DNA of 64,000 nucleotides from a virus: IMG/VR virus record IMGVR_UViG_3300005077_000006, positions 53,685 to 117,684 of that record; one strand, 5' to 3'. Shown piece by piece: positions 55,035 to 64,000 of this stretch (position 1 is its first letter; each line of letters starts with the position of its first letter). The notes under the pieces were generated by a model. It saw only the letters and a program-made list of their open reading frames with translations, ran no database searches and was not told where the DNA came from. The position numbers and the translations under genes were made by a program.

Positions 55035-55318
55035 TTACGCCCTCCTATTTTGGGACATCATGTCCAGAAAGTAACAGCCTGGTTGATCACTGGCTTCTTA
55101 TACCATCGTATTGTACCGTGTGAGCGTGATCGAATGGGAGACACTGTGACCAAGCTCGAGCGCATCAAGCACTTCCGCCACCTCGGTCTGAAGAGCCGTT
55201 GCCCGGTGTGCTCCAAGATGATCGGGAAGCACTGCCCGCGCAGGTTGCACCTCTGCTACACCCAGTTCATCGAACACGAGGGTCCGGAGGTAAGGAGAAG
55301 CGAGGCCTCTCCAGGTAG

Positions 55319-55801
55319 CTAGCGGTTTCGTTTCGTGATTGCTTTGCGCAGGTCTACGCGCGATGAGGTAGGCTTCTTTGGTGTGGAGAAGGAGATGCTC
55401 CCCAATCCGGGGTGGATGGGCGGCTCTTCATCTTCGTTTCTGATGATGGCACGGAAGAGGACGGGGGCTTCTCTGGTGAAGGCGAGGTAGCCATCCAGGA
55501 CCAAGCGCCACAGTACATCCTCCACCTTGGTTCCACCCACGATGCTGCTGTCCTTGTCCCAGATCTCCACCCCCATGCGTTGAAGGGTTCGTGCGGCACC
55601 ATCGCTCAAGAGGCCGAGCAACGCCTTGGCAATCTGCTGCTCGGTCATCTTGGCGATGGTGTAGTGCGGGAACTTGTCCTCTTGTCCTCCTACGGGTCTT
55701 GGCCGGCGCTCAGGATCATCCGGTGCGCGGATCATGATGGTGTACTGCGACATCGGGTCCTTGGAGTAGTCTGGCCGGCACTTGGTGTACCAGTCAGCCA
55801 T
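55319..55801 (-). CDS. hypothetical protein (possible winged helix)
   Basis: Start re-called to ATG 55801 with AAGGAG RBS. Confidence 0.5.
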   Translation of the reverse strand: MADWYTKCRPDYSKDPMSQYTIMIRAPDDPERRPRPVGGQEDKFPHYTIAKMTEQQIAKALLGLLSDGAARTLQRMGVEIWDKDSSIVGGTKVEDVLWRLVLDGYLAFTREAPVLFRAIIRNEDEEPPIHPGLGSISFSTPKKPTSSRVDLRKAITKRNR

Positions 55802-56054
55802 CGGTCTCCTTTCGCTCGAGTCGCAGCTCTGGGTACTTCCCGGAACGGAAGAACTCCACCCACTCGGCCGCCCAGTCCTCTCGATAGTCCTCGGGATCCA
55901 CGAGACAGACCTGTTCCCCTTCGTACTCCACTGGCGTGCAGTTGATGACGGGGCAGCGGAAGCACATGCCGCCTTGACTGATGGCCTGTGGATCACCCAG
56001 GAAGGGGCAGTTCTCCGGACAGGCATCCGGGAGCGTGTAGGGCCCGATCTTCAT
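55794..56054 (-). CDS. small Cys-rich protein
   Basis: CPENCP, CFRCP..NC. Confidence 0.5.
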   Translation of the reverse strand: MKIGPYTLPDACPENCPFLGDPQAISQGGMCFRCPVINCTPVEYEGEQVCLVDPEDYREDWAAEWVEFFRSGKYPELRLERKETDG

Positions 56055-56671
56055 CCTCCCAGCTCCTCCCTGGTGATCACCAGCTTCTCCACCAGGACGT
56101 GAGACGTGAGCAGCAGATCACTCACCTCACCGCTCAGTCCGTAACGGCTCTCGTACTCCTGCCCGAAGACCACCTTGACGATGCCCGCCCTGATGATCGC
56201 CTTGGCGCAGTCGAAGCAGGGAGAGGCAGTGGTGTAGAGTGTGGAGCCTTGCGGATTGGTCCCATCCAGGGAGCACTGGATGATGGCGTTCATCTCGCTG
56301 TGGATGGTGCGGACGCAGTGCCCATCACGCATGATGTGCCCACCCATCAGCCAGTTCTTCTCCATGAAGTCAGCCACGGTGGGGGCCTTGTCGCCCATCC
56401 CATGGGCCACCATGCTGTGCGGGATCTTGTCCGGGTCATCAGCCGTCGCCCCGCAGATCTTGCACTCGTAGTGGTTGCAGTGCGGCTGGTGGGGCGCAGA
56501 GCCGTTGTAGCCTCCAGCGATGCAGCGCTTGTCCTTCACGATCACAGCACCTACTCCATGCCGGCCGGGATCGAACAGCAGCTCTGGCCCTCGATCACAG
56601 GTGCTCCTTGTCGCCGTGAGGTGGGCCAGCATCATCCAGTACTTGCCCCACGGTAGTCTTGGGATGTTCAC
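56051..56671 (-). CDS. dCMP deaminase
   Basis: W..YWM..A...ATRSTC, VGAVIV, GYNG, HSEMNAI and SPCFDCAK; extra CKIC insert. Confidence 0.9.
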   Translation of the reverse strand: MNIPRLPWGKYWMMLAHLTATRSTCDRGPELLFDPGRHGVGAVIVKDKRCIAGGYNGSAPHQPHCNHYECKICGATADDPDKIPHSMVAHGMGDKAPTVADFMEKNWLMGGHIMRDGHCVRTIHSEMNAIIQCSLDGTNPQGSTLYTTASPCFDCAKAIIRAGIVKVVFGQEYESRYGLSGEVSDLLLTSHVLVEKLVITREELGG

Positions 56672-56798
56672 GCTTCTTTCTCCTGATCTTTCGGTTGAAC
56701 TGCATGCCGCAGTCGCGGCACAGGTAGTGCCGCAGGTTTCCCAGCACCCCGAGGATGCCGGCCTCTCCCCCACAGATCGGGCAACGACAGGGCATCAT
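56595..56798 (-). CDS. small Zn-ribbon protein
   Basis: CPICGG..LG.LG...Y.CRDCG. Confidence 0.5.
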   Translation of the reverse strand: MMPCRCPICGGEAGILGVLGNLRHYLCRDCGMQFNRKIRRKKREHPKTTVGQVLDDAGPPHGDKEHL

Positions 56799-57000
56799 GA
56801 TGCCCTGTCCGGGTGAGGCAGACCGAAGAGGAAGCCGGGCGCATTCCCTTCCTCATCGGAGCTGAGGTCGCAGACGTACTCCGTCCCATCTGGCGCGCGG
56901 AACACGAGAGCCGTGAAGCCATCCTTGGCTCTGATCTTCGTGACCACGCAACCGATGAGGGGCTTGAGGTAGCGCTTCATGAACTTGGGATCTGGGTGAC

Positions 57001-57300
57001 TCATTGATCGTCCTCCGGCACTTCGTTGATGTGGACGCCTAGGCACTCGAACACGATGTCATCTAATCCACCGATCGCCCCACAACCGTAGTCGTGTCGA
57101 ATCGACTCGCAGGCATCGCAGTTCTTGATGCGGAACCAGTCTCCGTCGCACAGTCCCTTGTGGACGTAGTACTTCTCCCCTTTCTTGATCAGGCCACCAC
57201 ACTCATCGCACTTGTGCTCTTTGATGGCCTTGGGATTGGTGATGTCGTGGCAGGTGATGGGTTCGAAGTCCCCAATAGAGCAGGAGCAGCCACTCTCCAT
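57001..57300 (-). CDS. small Zn-finger protein
   Basis: HKCDECG..I.KGEKY...CDAC. Confidence 0.55.
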   Translation of the reverse strand: MESGCSCSIGDFEPITCHDITNPKAIKEHKCDECGGLIKKGEKYYVHKGLCDGDWFRIKNCDACESIRHDYGCGAIGGLDDIVFECLGVHINEVPEDDQ

Positions 57301-59884
57301 CACTTGTCCTCCACCATGGCTGAAGCCACCCACCGCTCTGTGACTCTCAGGTCCTTCTTCTTGCTGCGCTTGAGCAGTGCCATCAGATCTGCGTCGGCCA
57401 TCTCCTCCAGCATGCTCTGCGCCTGGTCGCTGGTCTCCACGGGGCCAATGTGGACGATGTAGTCGGTCTCGATCTCCTCCTTGATGGTCACCCTCACTGG
57501 GGAGAGCACGTAGTCCTTGGCTCGCAGCGTCTTGGTCGAGAGCTGCGAGGCTGGGATGATCTTGGTCTTCATGTTCCTTGCCTCGCATTCTTTCGAGTGG
57601 TGGTGCGCGTTCATCCAGTGGCACGGCCCGCAACAATACTGCATGCCGAAGCGTGTTGCAGGCCGGCCACACCCTGGTGTCTTGCAAACGTCAGTCACTG
57701 GAGTCCCAGGTGGTGGTGAAGCGGTAGGTGGTGCCGGCCACCTTGTACGAGCTCACCCCCGTCCATCCGGCACCTCGGGCAAGGGCGTCATCGGCCAAGT
57801 GCAGCTTGACCAACCTGAGCTGTTCCTGGGTGAGCTCGTGCTCGAACTCGATCTCCCGGGCGTTGTCGATGATGCCGCGCATGGGACGGCTGGTCGGCTG
57901 CTGCACCCAGTCTGTGTCTCTTTTCTTGGGCAAGGACTCGAAGTGCGCCTTCAAGTCCTCCATGCTTGGTCTCTCCTCTTCCATCAGTTCCAGTCCTCCG
58001 GCTTCCAGTCCTCCCGCATCCACTCAGCTTGAGTCGAGAAGAAGCGGGCGGCGTCGTTGTCAGCGAGTGTGTAGATCATCCGATCGTGCCGCATGGCTCG
58101 AACCTTGCTGTCGTAGGGTGAGCGCCCGTTCACGAGACCATTGATCACCAGCTCGTGCAGGGCGAGGTACATGGCGATGTCCCCGCACTTGCTCTGCGCG
58201 TAGATCTGATCAGCGTTGAGCGGGCTGATGGTGAGTTGATGGAGGATCCACCACTTCAGCTTGGACGCTTCATCAGCGTTGCGGCCGGCATGGTAGTCCT
58301 TCAAGAAAGCGCGCTCTCTGATCATGGTCTATCCTCCCTGGCGGCATCATAGGCCAGATCTGCCAGCGCATCGCAGGTGTCGCACTCACCCGCCTTCCTA
58401 CCATGTGGACACTTGGGGTTGGTGTAGATGTGATCGCCCTTGTCGAGGTAGAGGGCGAGCTCCTTGTCGAACTTGGGGTCTTTGCCCCGAATGAAGGACT
58501 GGAGGGCACGGAAGGAGAAGCTGTTCGAGCCTCCTCGCTTCCAGCCCATCAGACCTTCGATCTTGGCTCGGATGATGTCCTCAGTCACGGCAACACCTTC
58601 ACAACGCCCACGGTGTTGCCGTTGATGTCGAGCAGCTTGTCCGCGGACTCGAGCGCCTCGCAGACGCACCTGCCGTCACGCTCGAGCTGCTCGCAGATCT
58701 TGTCCGGGATGGTGTTGAGGATGCGCCGCAACTCTCTCTTGAAGTTCGAGTGCAGCGCGTCGTCGTCACAATTGATCTTGATCTCGATGTTCATGCGTTC
58801 TACCGCTCCCATACCTTTCCACCCAGCAGTCGTCGCACAAGGCGGACTCCGCTGGGCTGTCATGAGCACACCCGAACTCCCAATCCACGACACGATCACA
58901 TCCTGGGCAAAGCCAGCACAGGATCGTGTCGTCTTCTGGTCGGTAGTAGGGGTCTGGTTCGTCAGGGTCGTGGGGATAGTCGTCCCACTTCACCTCGATG
59001 TAGTATTCGTCAATCTTCATTCGAGCCCCAGCGCCTCTCTCCCCACGAACCTGCCCTCGTCGTCGATACCGAGGACCATGAGAATGTCCTCCGCCAGAGA
59101 GCGAGCCTCATCCTCCAGCTTCTCGTCCCCCTCCAACTCGAAGAGCCTGCGGATCAACACTGGAAGACTCTCGATAGACACATTGCACTCGAGCCTGGTA
59201 CAGCAGAGCGGACCGGTGTGCTCCTTGAGCTCGTAGTTGTCCTGGCCGTGGATGCTGCACGCCTCCAGATGGCTATCGATCCCGATGTTCACGGCTTCGA
59301 TAGCTGCCCTAGCAGCCTCACCCACCAGGCTCATGGGGAAAGGCTTGCCGTTCATGGCCTGTCGCACGAGCTCGTAGGTGATGGTGCAACCGTTGGAGTT
59401 CTTGAACTTGCACATCAGATCACCTTCACCTTCTGCCCGTAACTGGTGGCTGCGAGCATGTTGCAGATGTTGCGAGGCTCGCCATTGATGTAGGCCACGG
59501 CATCGTCATCCACCACCATCTCCTCGCCCACTCCCATGAAGCTAACGATCTTGCCATCCACATGGAACTTGCCGTCTTCATCCCGATCGACACCGAAGGT
59601 GCGGAGGACGTGCATCAGCTCGTTGTTTGATCCTATCCAGCCCATGTGCCCTCTCTGATCTTCTTGGCCACATCCTCCAGCACTGCGAGGGCAGCCTTCT
59701 TGTAGCCTCGTGGGCAGTAGCCCGCCGGGGTCCAGAGTGTGATCCTATTGCTCGTCTTCTCGATGGTCCCGAGCCAGGTGCTGAAGGGCAGCTTCTTGCC
59801 ACCGCCGATGTCGAGCTCGTCCTTCTCAACCAGTACGGTGTAGTAGGGAGCCATCCCAGGCGTTGTCTTGAGCTCCACCTTCAT
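57300..59884 (-). other. run of about 9 short, translationally coupled hypothetical ORFs
   Basis: ORFs 57300-57698, 57691-57984, 57984-58325, 58322-58588, 58585-58794, 58766-59020, 59017-59415, 59415-59645 and 59633-59884 with overlapping or abutting start/stop codons. Confidence 0.6.
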
Positions 59885-60477
59885 CAGGCGCGCTCGAGCT
59901 GGGGCAGCGTGGAGAGCTTGGTGAGGACGGTCGCCAGCATCTCCTCATCGATCTTGTGCTTCTCCGAGACGGAGTCGTTCAGGTTTCTGATGCCGTCCAG
60001 AAGAGTCCAGACGAAGTGGCGCTCCTTGTTGGAGAGCGTGGTGGCGTAGAGGCGATGCTCCTCGAACGCCTCGCAGGCCATGGGCGCCACGTCCTTGACC
60101 AGCTTGTACATCGCCCAGGCGTACTGCCGGATCTCCCACTGGGCGTGGGGATGCAGACGCAGGGAGCAGAAGTGGAAGAAGTTGTGCAGGTCGATCTTCC
60201 AGTACCACTCCGTGTAGGCAGCGAGCGGGAGGTTGAGCCGGGCAAGCTCGTTGGCCAGACCCGTGCCCGAGAGCCAGGTGTAGTCCTCCCAGTCCTCACG
60301 CTGTCCGCACTCGAAGCGCTTCTGGATGATCTCCTTCGTCTCGAGGTCCAGCTCGCCCTCCGTGCCCTGCTTGTTGGCCTTGCCCTTCCCACCCATGCGC
60401 TCGAGCTTGGGCACGTAGCTCTCGCTGGGGAGGAGGCGGTAGCGGCCGCTCATCTCGTTGAGGCTGGCCGTGCGGTG
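59884..60477 (-). CDS. thyX: flavin-dependent thymidylate synthase, exon 2
   Basis: HRTASLNEMSGRY, ELARLNLP..YTEWYW, DLHNFFHFCSLR and HAQWEIR. Confidence 0.9.
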   Translation of the reverse strand, partial: HRTASLNEMSGRYRLLPSESYVPKLERMGGKGKANKQGTEGELDLETKEIIQKRFECGQREDWEDYTWLSGTGLANELARLNLPLAAYTEWYWKIDLHNFFHFCSLRLHPHAQWEIRQYAWAMYKLVKDVAPMACEAFEEHRLYATTLSNKERHFVWTLLDGIRNLNDSVSEKHKIDEEMLATVLTKLSTLPQLERA

Positions 60478-61362
60478 CAGTTGTGTTATCCCAGAGCCGT
60501 TTACTCTCTGGTTCTGCGCTTTCGTGATCGGCGTTATATGCGCAGCTCGGACTATATCATCACGATCATTGATCGTGCCCCGCGCTCGTGGACGAATTAT
60601 CGCCATTCCCGTGATCGGGATTAGGCTCACGTCTAGTCTCTGAACCTTATGATCCCTTTCGAGATCATCTTGGCTGCTGATTGCCCTCGCCAGGGTGTTC
60701 CAGCAATTCACGGAGTTTACGGTGCGCCACGTAGCGACCGGACTGTCTGTTGAACTTAACCAATCCAGCCTTGAAGAGAGCGTACCCGATCTCTTGCAAC
60801 GACTGGTGGGCAACCCTATGCCCTTGGTGATCTGTGAGGAAGAGGTTGCGCAGAATGTTGTTGAGCCTCTCGCCATCGAGGTGGTGAACGGCCTCACCCT
60901 TTTCAAGGGATCTTCCGATCGACTCCTCCATGACCAAGACATGTTCCTTGGCGTAGCTCTCCCAGCCGATTGCTGGCTTTGCTCCCTCTCGTCGATAGAC
61001 CATACGGTATCCATGCGCATCGATGTACGACCCGCCTCTCCATGAGGGAGAGGCAGCACCCCGAGGACCAGACAACCCCTTGTTCCAGGCTTCTCTGCCT
61101 CTCCGCTCCTTTCCGGTCCTCCTCGAAGCACATTTCCGACAGTAGGTCTTCTTTCCCCACTTCTTGATCGCCTTTTGATGGTTTGCCCATGAGCGATCAC
61201 TCTCATTCCCACAATCATCGCACCGATACTTGATGCGTTTCTCGCTTGCAGGGCTGAGGTCTGAGATCTTGGTTCCATCAACAGCTCTGTCCGATAACAG
61301 CATGTCTCACGTCCATGTTTGTCGTAGTGCATGGACATTAGCATGACTAGCTACAAAGGTCA
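60478..61362 (-). ncRNA. group I self-splicing intron in thyX (885 nt)
   Basis: Exon 1 ends in U (CGU) and the intron ends in G; P AAUUGCUGGAA, Q AAUCAGCAGC, R UUCAGAGACUA, S GAUAUAGUCC; splicing restores RQWVR|HRTAS. Confidence 0.88.
60665..61303 (-). CDS. intron-encoded HNH homing endonuclease
   Basis: CDDC/CRKC, SPSWRGG, GY, EHVLVME..IGR.L...E.VHHLDG.RLNN...NL. Confidence 0.88.
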   Translation of the reverse strand: MLLSDRAVDGTKISDLSPASEKRIKYRCDDCGNESDRSWANHQKAIKKWGKKTYCRKCASRRTGKERRGREAWNKGLSGPRGAASPSWRGGSYIDAHGYRMVYRREGAKPAIGWESYAKEHVLVMEESIGRSLEKGEAVHHLDGERLNNILRNLFLTDHQGHRVAHQSLQEIGYALFKAGLVKFNRQSGRYVAHRKLRELLEHPGEGNQQPR

Positions 61363-61650
61363 ACGCACCCACTGGCGAGCCACGAAGATGGGCATGCGCG
61401 CCCTGAAGACGAGCTCCACCTGCTCGAAGGGGCTCGTGTGGCGGTTCGCCATCATGTAGTTGATGATCTTCTTGACAGCCGCGGCGCTCTTCTTCTCGGC
61501 CTCCACCTCATCCATGCTGGAGACCCAGGCCGCCTCTGCGATGCGCTGGTCCCCACCCATGTAGTCCACCAGGGAGATGAAGCCGTGATCGAGGATGGGG
61601 AGCTTGACGTCCAACAACTCATCAGCGGCAGGATTGGTGATGTGTCCCAT
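61363..61650 (-). CDS. thyX: flavin-dependent thymidylate synthase, exon 1
   Basis: LDHGFISLVDYMGGD, AAWVS, HTSPFEQ and PIFVARQWVR. Confidence 0.9.
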
Positions 61651-61651
61651 A

Positions 61652-63934
61652 TCAGTCCTCCAGGTAGTCGAGTACTTCCTCGACCGTGGTTTTCACGCCC
61701 ACCAGCCGAGGCTGGATGTTGGGCATGCCGGCTGAGATGATCAGCCAGGCTTGGTTGACGTTACTCCATAGCACCTCCAGCCCCTTCTTGGCAGCCATCT
61801 CTCTGGCACGCATGAGAGGACCGCCGGGACCGTGCTGTTGGCAGGGGCCGCAGACACGCCCGAAGGTAGGCTGCCCACAGCGTTCACAGCGTCCGGTGGG
61901 CATCAGTCTTCACCCCTCTGTTGTTCTCCTTTGTATGCGGGGCCGCCCAACATGTCAGCTCCCGTCCTGGGATCATGTTCAAAATCGTTGGTGGGCGCCT
62001 CGTACTCGGGCACATCCAACTCCTCGATGCGCTCATACTCGTAACCGAGATCGTTACGCACTTGCATGAACTTGATGACCGATCGGTCGTCCCCGATCGT
62101 GGCCTTGTTGAACAGCTCCAGCTCAGTGCTGTCGGGGTCGGGGTCGTCGTAGTAGCCGACACTTCCAAGCTGGTCGAAGAGGTGCCGGTAGGCGCCCCGC
62201 CGGAGAGAATCGGTGGAGATGTTGAAGTACTCATCCCCATGTTTGCCGTGGTAGATCAGGATTCGCACGTAGGGCTTCCTTTCTCACCCAGCGCTCCACG
62301 CGCTCAGGTGTGTAGTAAGAGACCTCGATCACATCGTTCCGTGGGAACATCTTTCGCAGGTACTTGTTCACAGGCATGGGGTGCTTGAACAGCCCATCAT
62401 GAACCAGGCCGTCGATGAACACTGCTGCGTGGTACCGCCAGTTGCCGCCCCAGAAGGAGAAAGCGTGTGAGGCAAGGAGCCTTCCCTCTCTGGGGACGTC
62501 CATGTAGATCACTTTTGCGTCAACCGTGTCATCGAGGAAGTGCAGCACGTCATCCACCAGTTCCAGGCAGAAGCCATCGTAGTCTGAGAGCCGTTTCTTG
62601 TTCTCCTTGAGAAACTGACGCACCACGTTCTCCATCAGCTTTCTCCCAGCTTGATCTGTAGGTCGAAGTGGATCTCCTTGAACACCCGGATGTCGCTCAG
62701 GTTGATCCCCTCGAGGAGGAGCGAGACTACCACCTTGTTGAGCTCCTGGGTGAGTGTGCGCTTCTCTCTCCACTCCCCATGCTCTTTGTAGAAGACGATG
62801 ATGGCGTTGCCCTCCTCGATGGCGACATCCGCCTTGATGGGCAGGGGCTTCGGGGCTTCCTTCATCTCCTTGTGCAGCTCCTTGAGGCCCGCGGCCTCGG
62901 GTAGGTCGCCAACGCAGCCCAGCTTGCCATCCCTGGACCACTGTTGGTACATCTCCCTACTGAAGACGGTGTGGATCAAGAACTGGAACCTGCCTTCCTT
63001 CTCTCCTCTCTCCACCAGCGGGTAGACCACGTCCCTCTCTGGGATCTCCACCCGCACCACGAAGTCGTTGGTGGTGGAGTGGTTCTTGTTGCTGGCGATG
63101 GTGCGGCCCGCCCGGATCTCTTCACACACGGCAGCTCTTAGCTCCTCCTCCGCTAGGTCCCGTGAGTAGCTGCGTGGGTAGCCGGCTCGATCGAACAACT
63201 GCTCTATCGCATGCGGGCGCTTGATGAACAGCTCATCCTGTAGGTCCTGTGGCCAGTATCGACGGCTGCGGCTCATCCGTCCCAGACCTCCTTGATCGCT
63301 CTGTAGATGTACTGCCCCCTCTGGGTGAGCTTGAGTCGTGTGCGGCTCTTGTTGATGAAGCCCTGCTCGTAGAGCCCATCGAGCGCGCGGACCAAGAAGC
63401 CGAACTTGATCGGCAAGCACTGCTCGAGATCCGTGAACCAGAGCTTGCCGTTGCGCCCGATGACCACGAGTGCCTTGATCTCATTGGGTGTCATGTGTCC
63501 CCCTTCAGCAAGGAACGCAGCTCCCCCTCGAGCGTGCTCAGCAACGCCTGGATGCGGAGGAGCTGCGTCACCACATCCTGAGCCAACCGCTTCACCGGCT
63601 GCGCCGGCGCAGCTACTTCTTTCGGCAAGACCAACTCCGTCTGTTCGTTGTCGAAGTCCGGCAACAGCACCGCCTTCGCCCGCACAGCAGCCTTGTCCTG
63701 GGTGGACTCGAAGAGCGCCACCAGCTCATCCGCTTGGGCCTTACTGATGCGCTTGTTGCGCAGGCGCAGGACATCCGCCCGCTTCACTGAGCGGTTGTCG
63801 TTCAGCAAGTTGGTGAGGATCACGTCCCCCTTCTTGCGCACGCTCACCACCACACCCACGATCAGATCTCCGTTGTTGCCGTTGTGCCTGGCAGCGTAGT
63901 ACTGCCCCACTTTGAATCCCGGTTTCTTGGCCAT
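61652..63934 (-). other. run of coupled hypothetical ORFs
   Basis: ORFs 61652-61903, 61903-62268, 62231-62635, 62635-63276, 63273-63494 (winged-helix-like LTQRG) and 63491-63934. Confidence 0.6.
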
Positions 63935-63962
63935 AGCTACATCCTTTCCAATGGTTAGTACA

Positions 63963-63985
63963 CTTATACCCGGAGGTTGACTTTT
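63963..63985 (-). promoter_or_regulatory. conserved leftward promoter-like motif (AAAAG...GGTATAAG)
   Basis: CTTATACC at 63963-63970, 29 bp upstream of ATG 63934. Confidence 0.6.
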
Positions 63986-64000
63986 GTTCTTCTGGGTGTC

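Noticed and set aside
59884-61344. 486-aa ORF as a single ThyX with a long N-terminal extension
   Set aside because: The extension is chance read-through of intron sequence; the real N-terminus is exon 1 (61363..61650)

Overview
A 64-kb, GC-rich fragment of a large tailed (myovirus-like) phage genome, probably from a host in the Myxococcota or a related deltaproteobacterial group. The + strand (about 3.7-48.3 kb) carries virion genes: portal, terminase large subunit, a probable prohead protease, scaffold/core proteins, a decoration protein, major capsid, neck, central spike, contractile sheath and tube. It also carries a 2045-aa single-chain beta-beta' RNA polymerase. The - strand carries early and replication genes: family-4 UDG, SF2 helicase, SSB, a P-loop kinase, an RRM protein, dCMP deaminase, thyX split by a group I intron with an HNH ORF, and many small ORFs. 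Most notable: (1) a family of Gly-zipper/amphipathic proteins and two YugP-like Zn peptidases, most sharing an N-terminal F/M-x-x-E-L-E-K-x-[A/G] leader, plus dense K-x-[A/G/S] sites in head proteins, which suggests a capsid-targeting, protease-maturation cargo system; (2) two promoter classes placed back to back (a GGTATAAG-type motif before - strand genes, sigma70-like before + strand genes); (3) a structured element before terL, an HNH element that rebuilds the 5' end of the tube gene, a 50%-acidic mini-protein, and a protein that looks stitched together from fragments of PolA, portal, protease and topoisomerase motifs. All product calls come from motif recognition by eye; no database searches were run.
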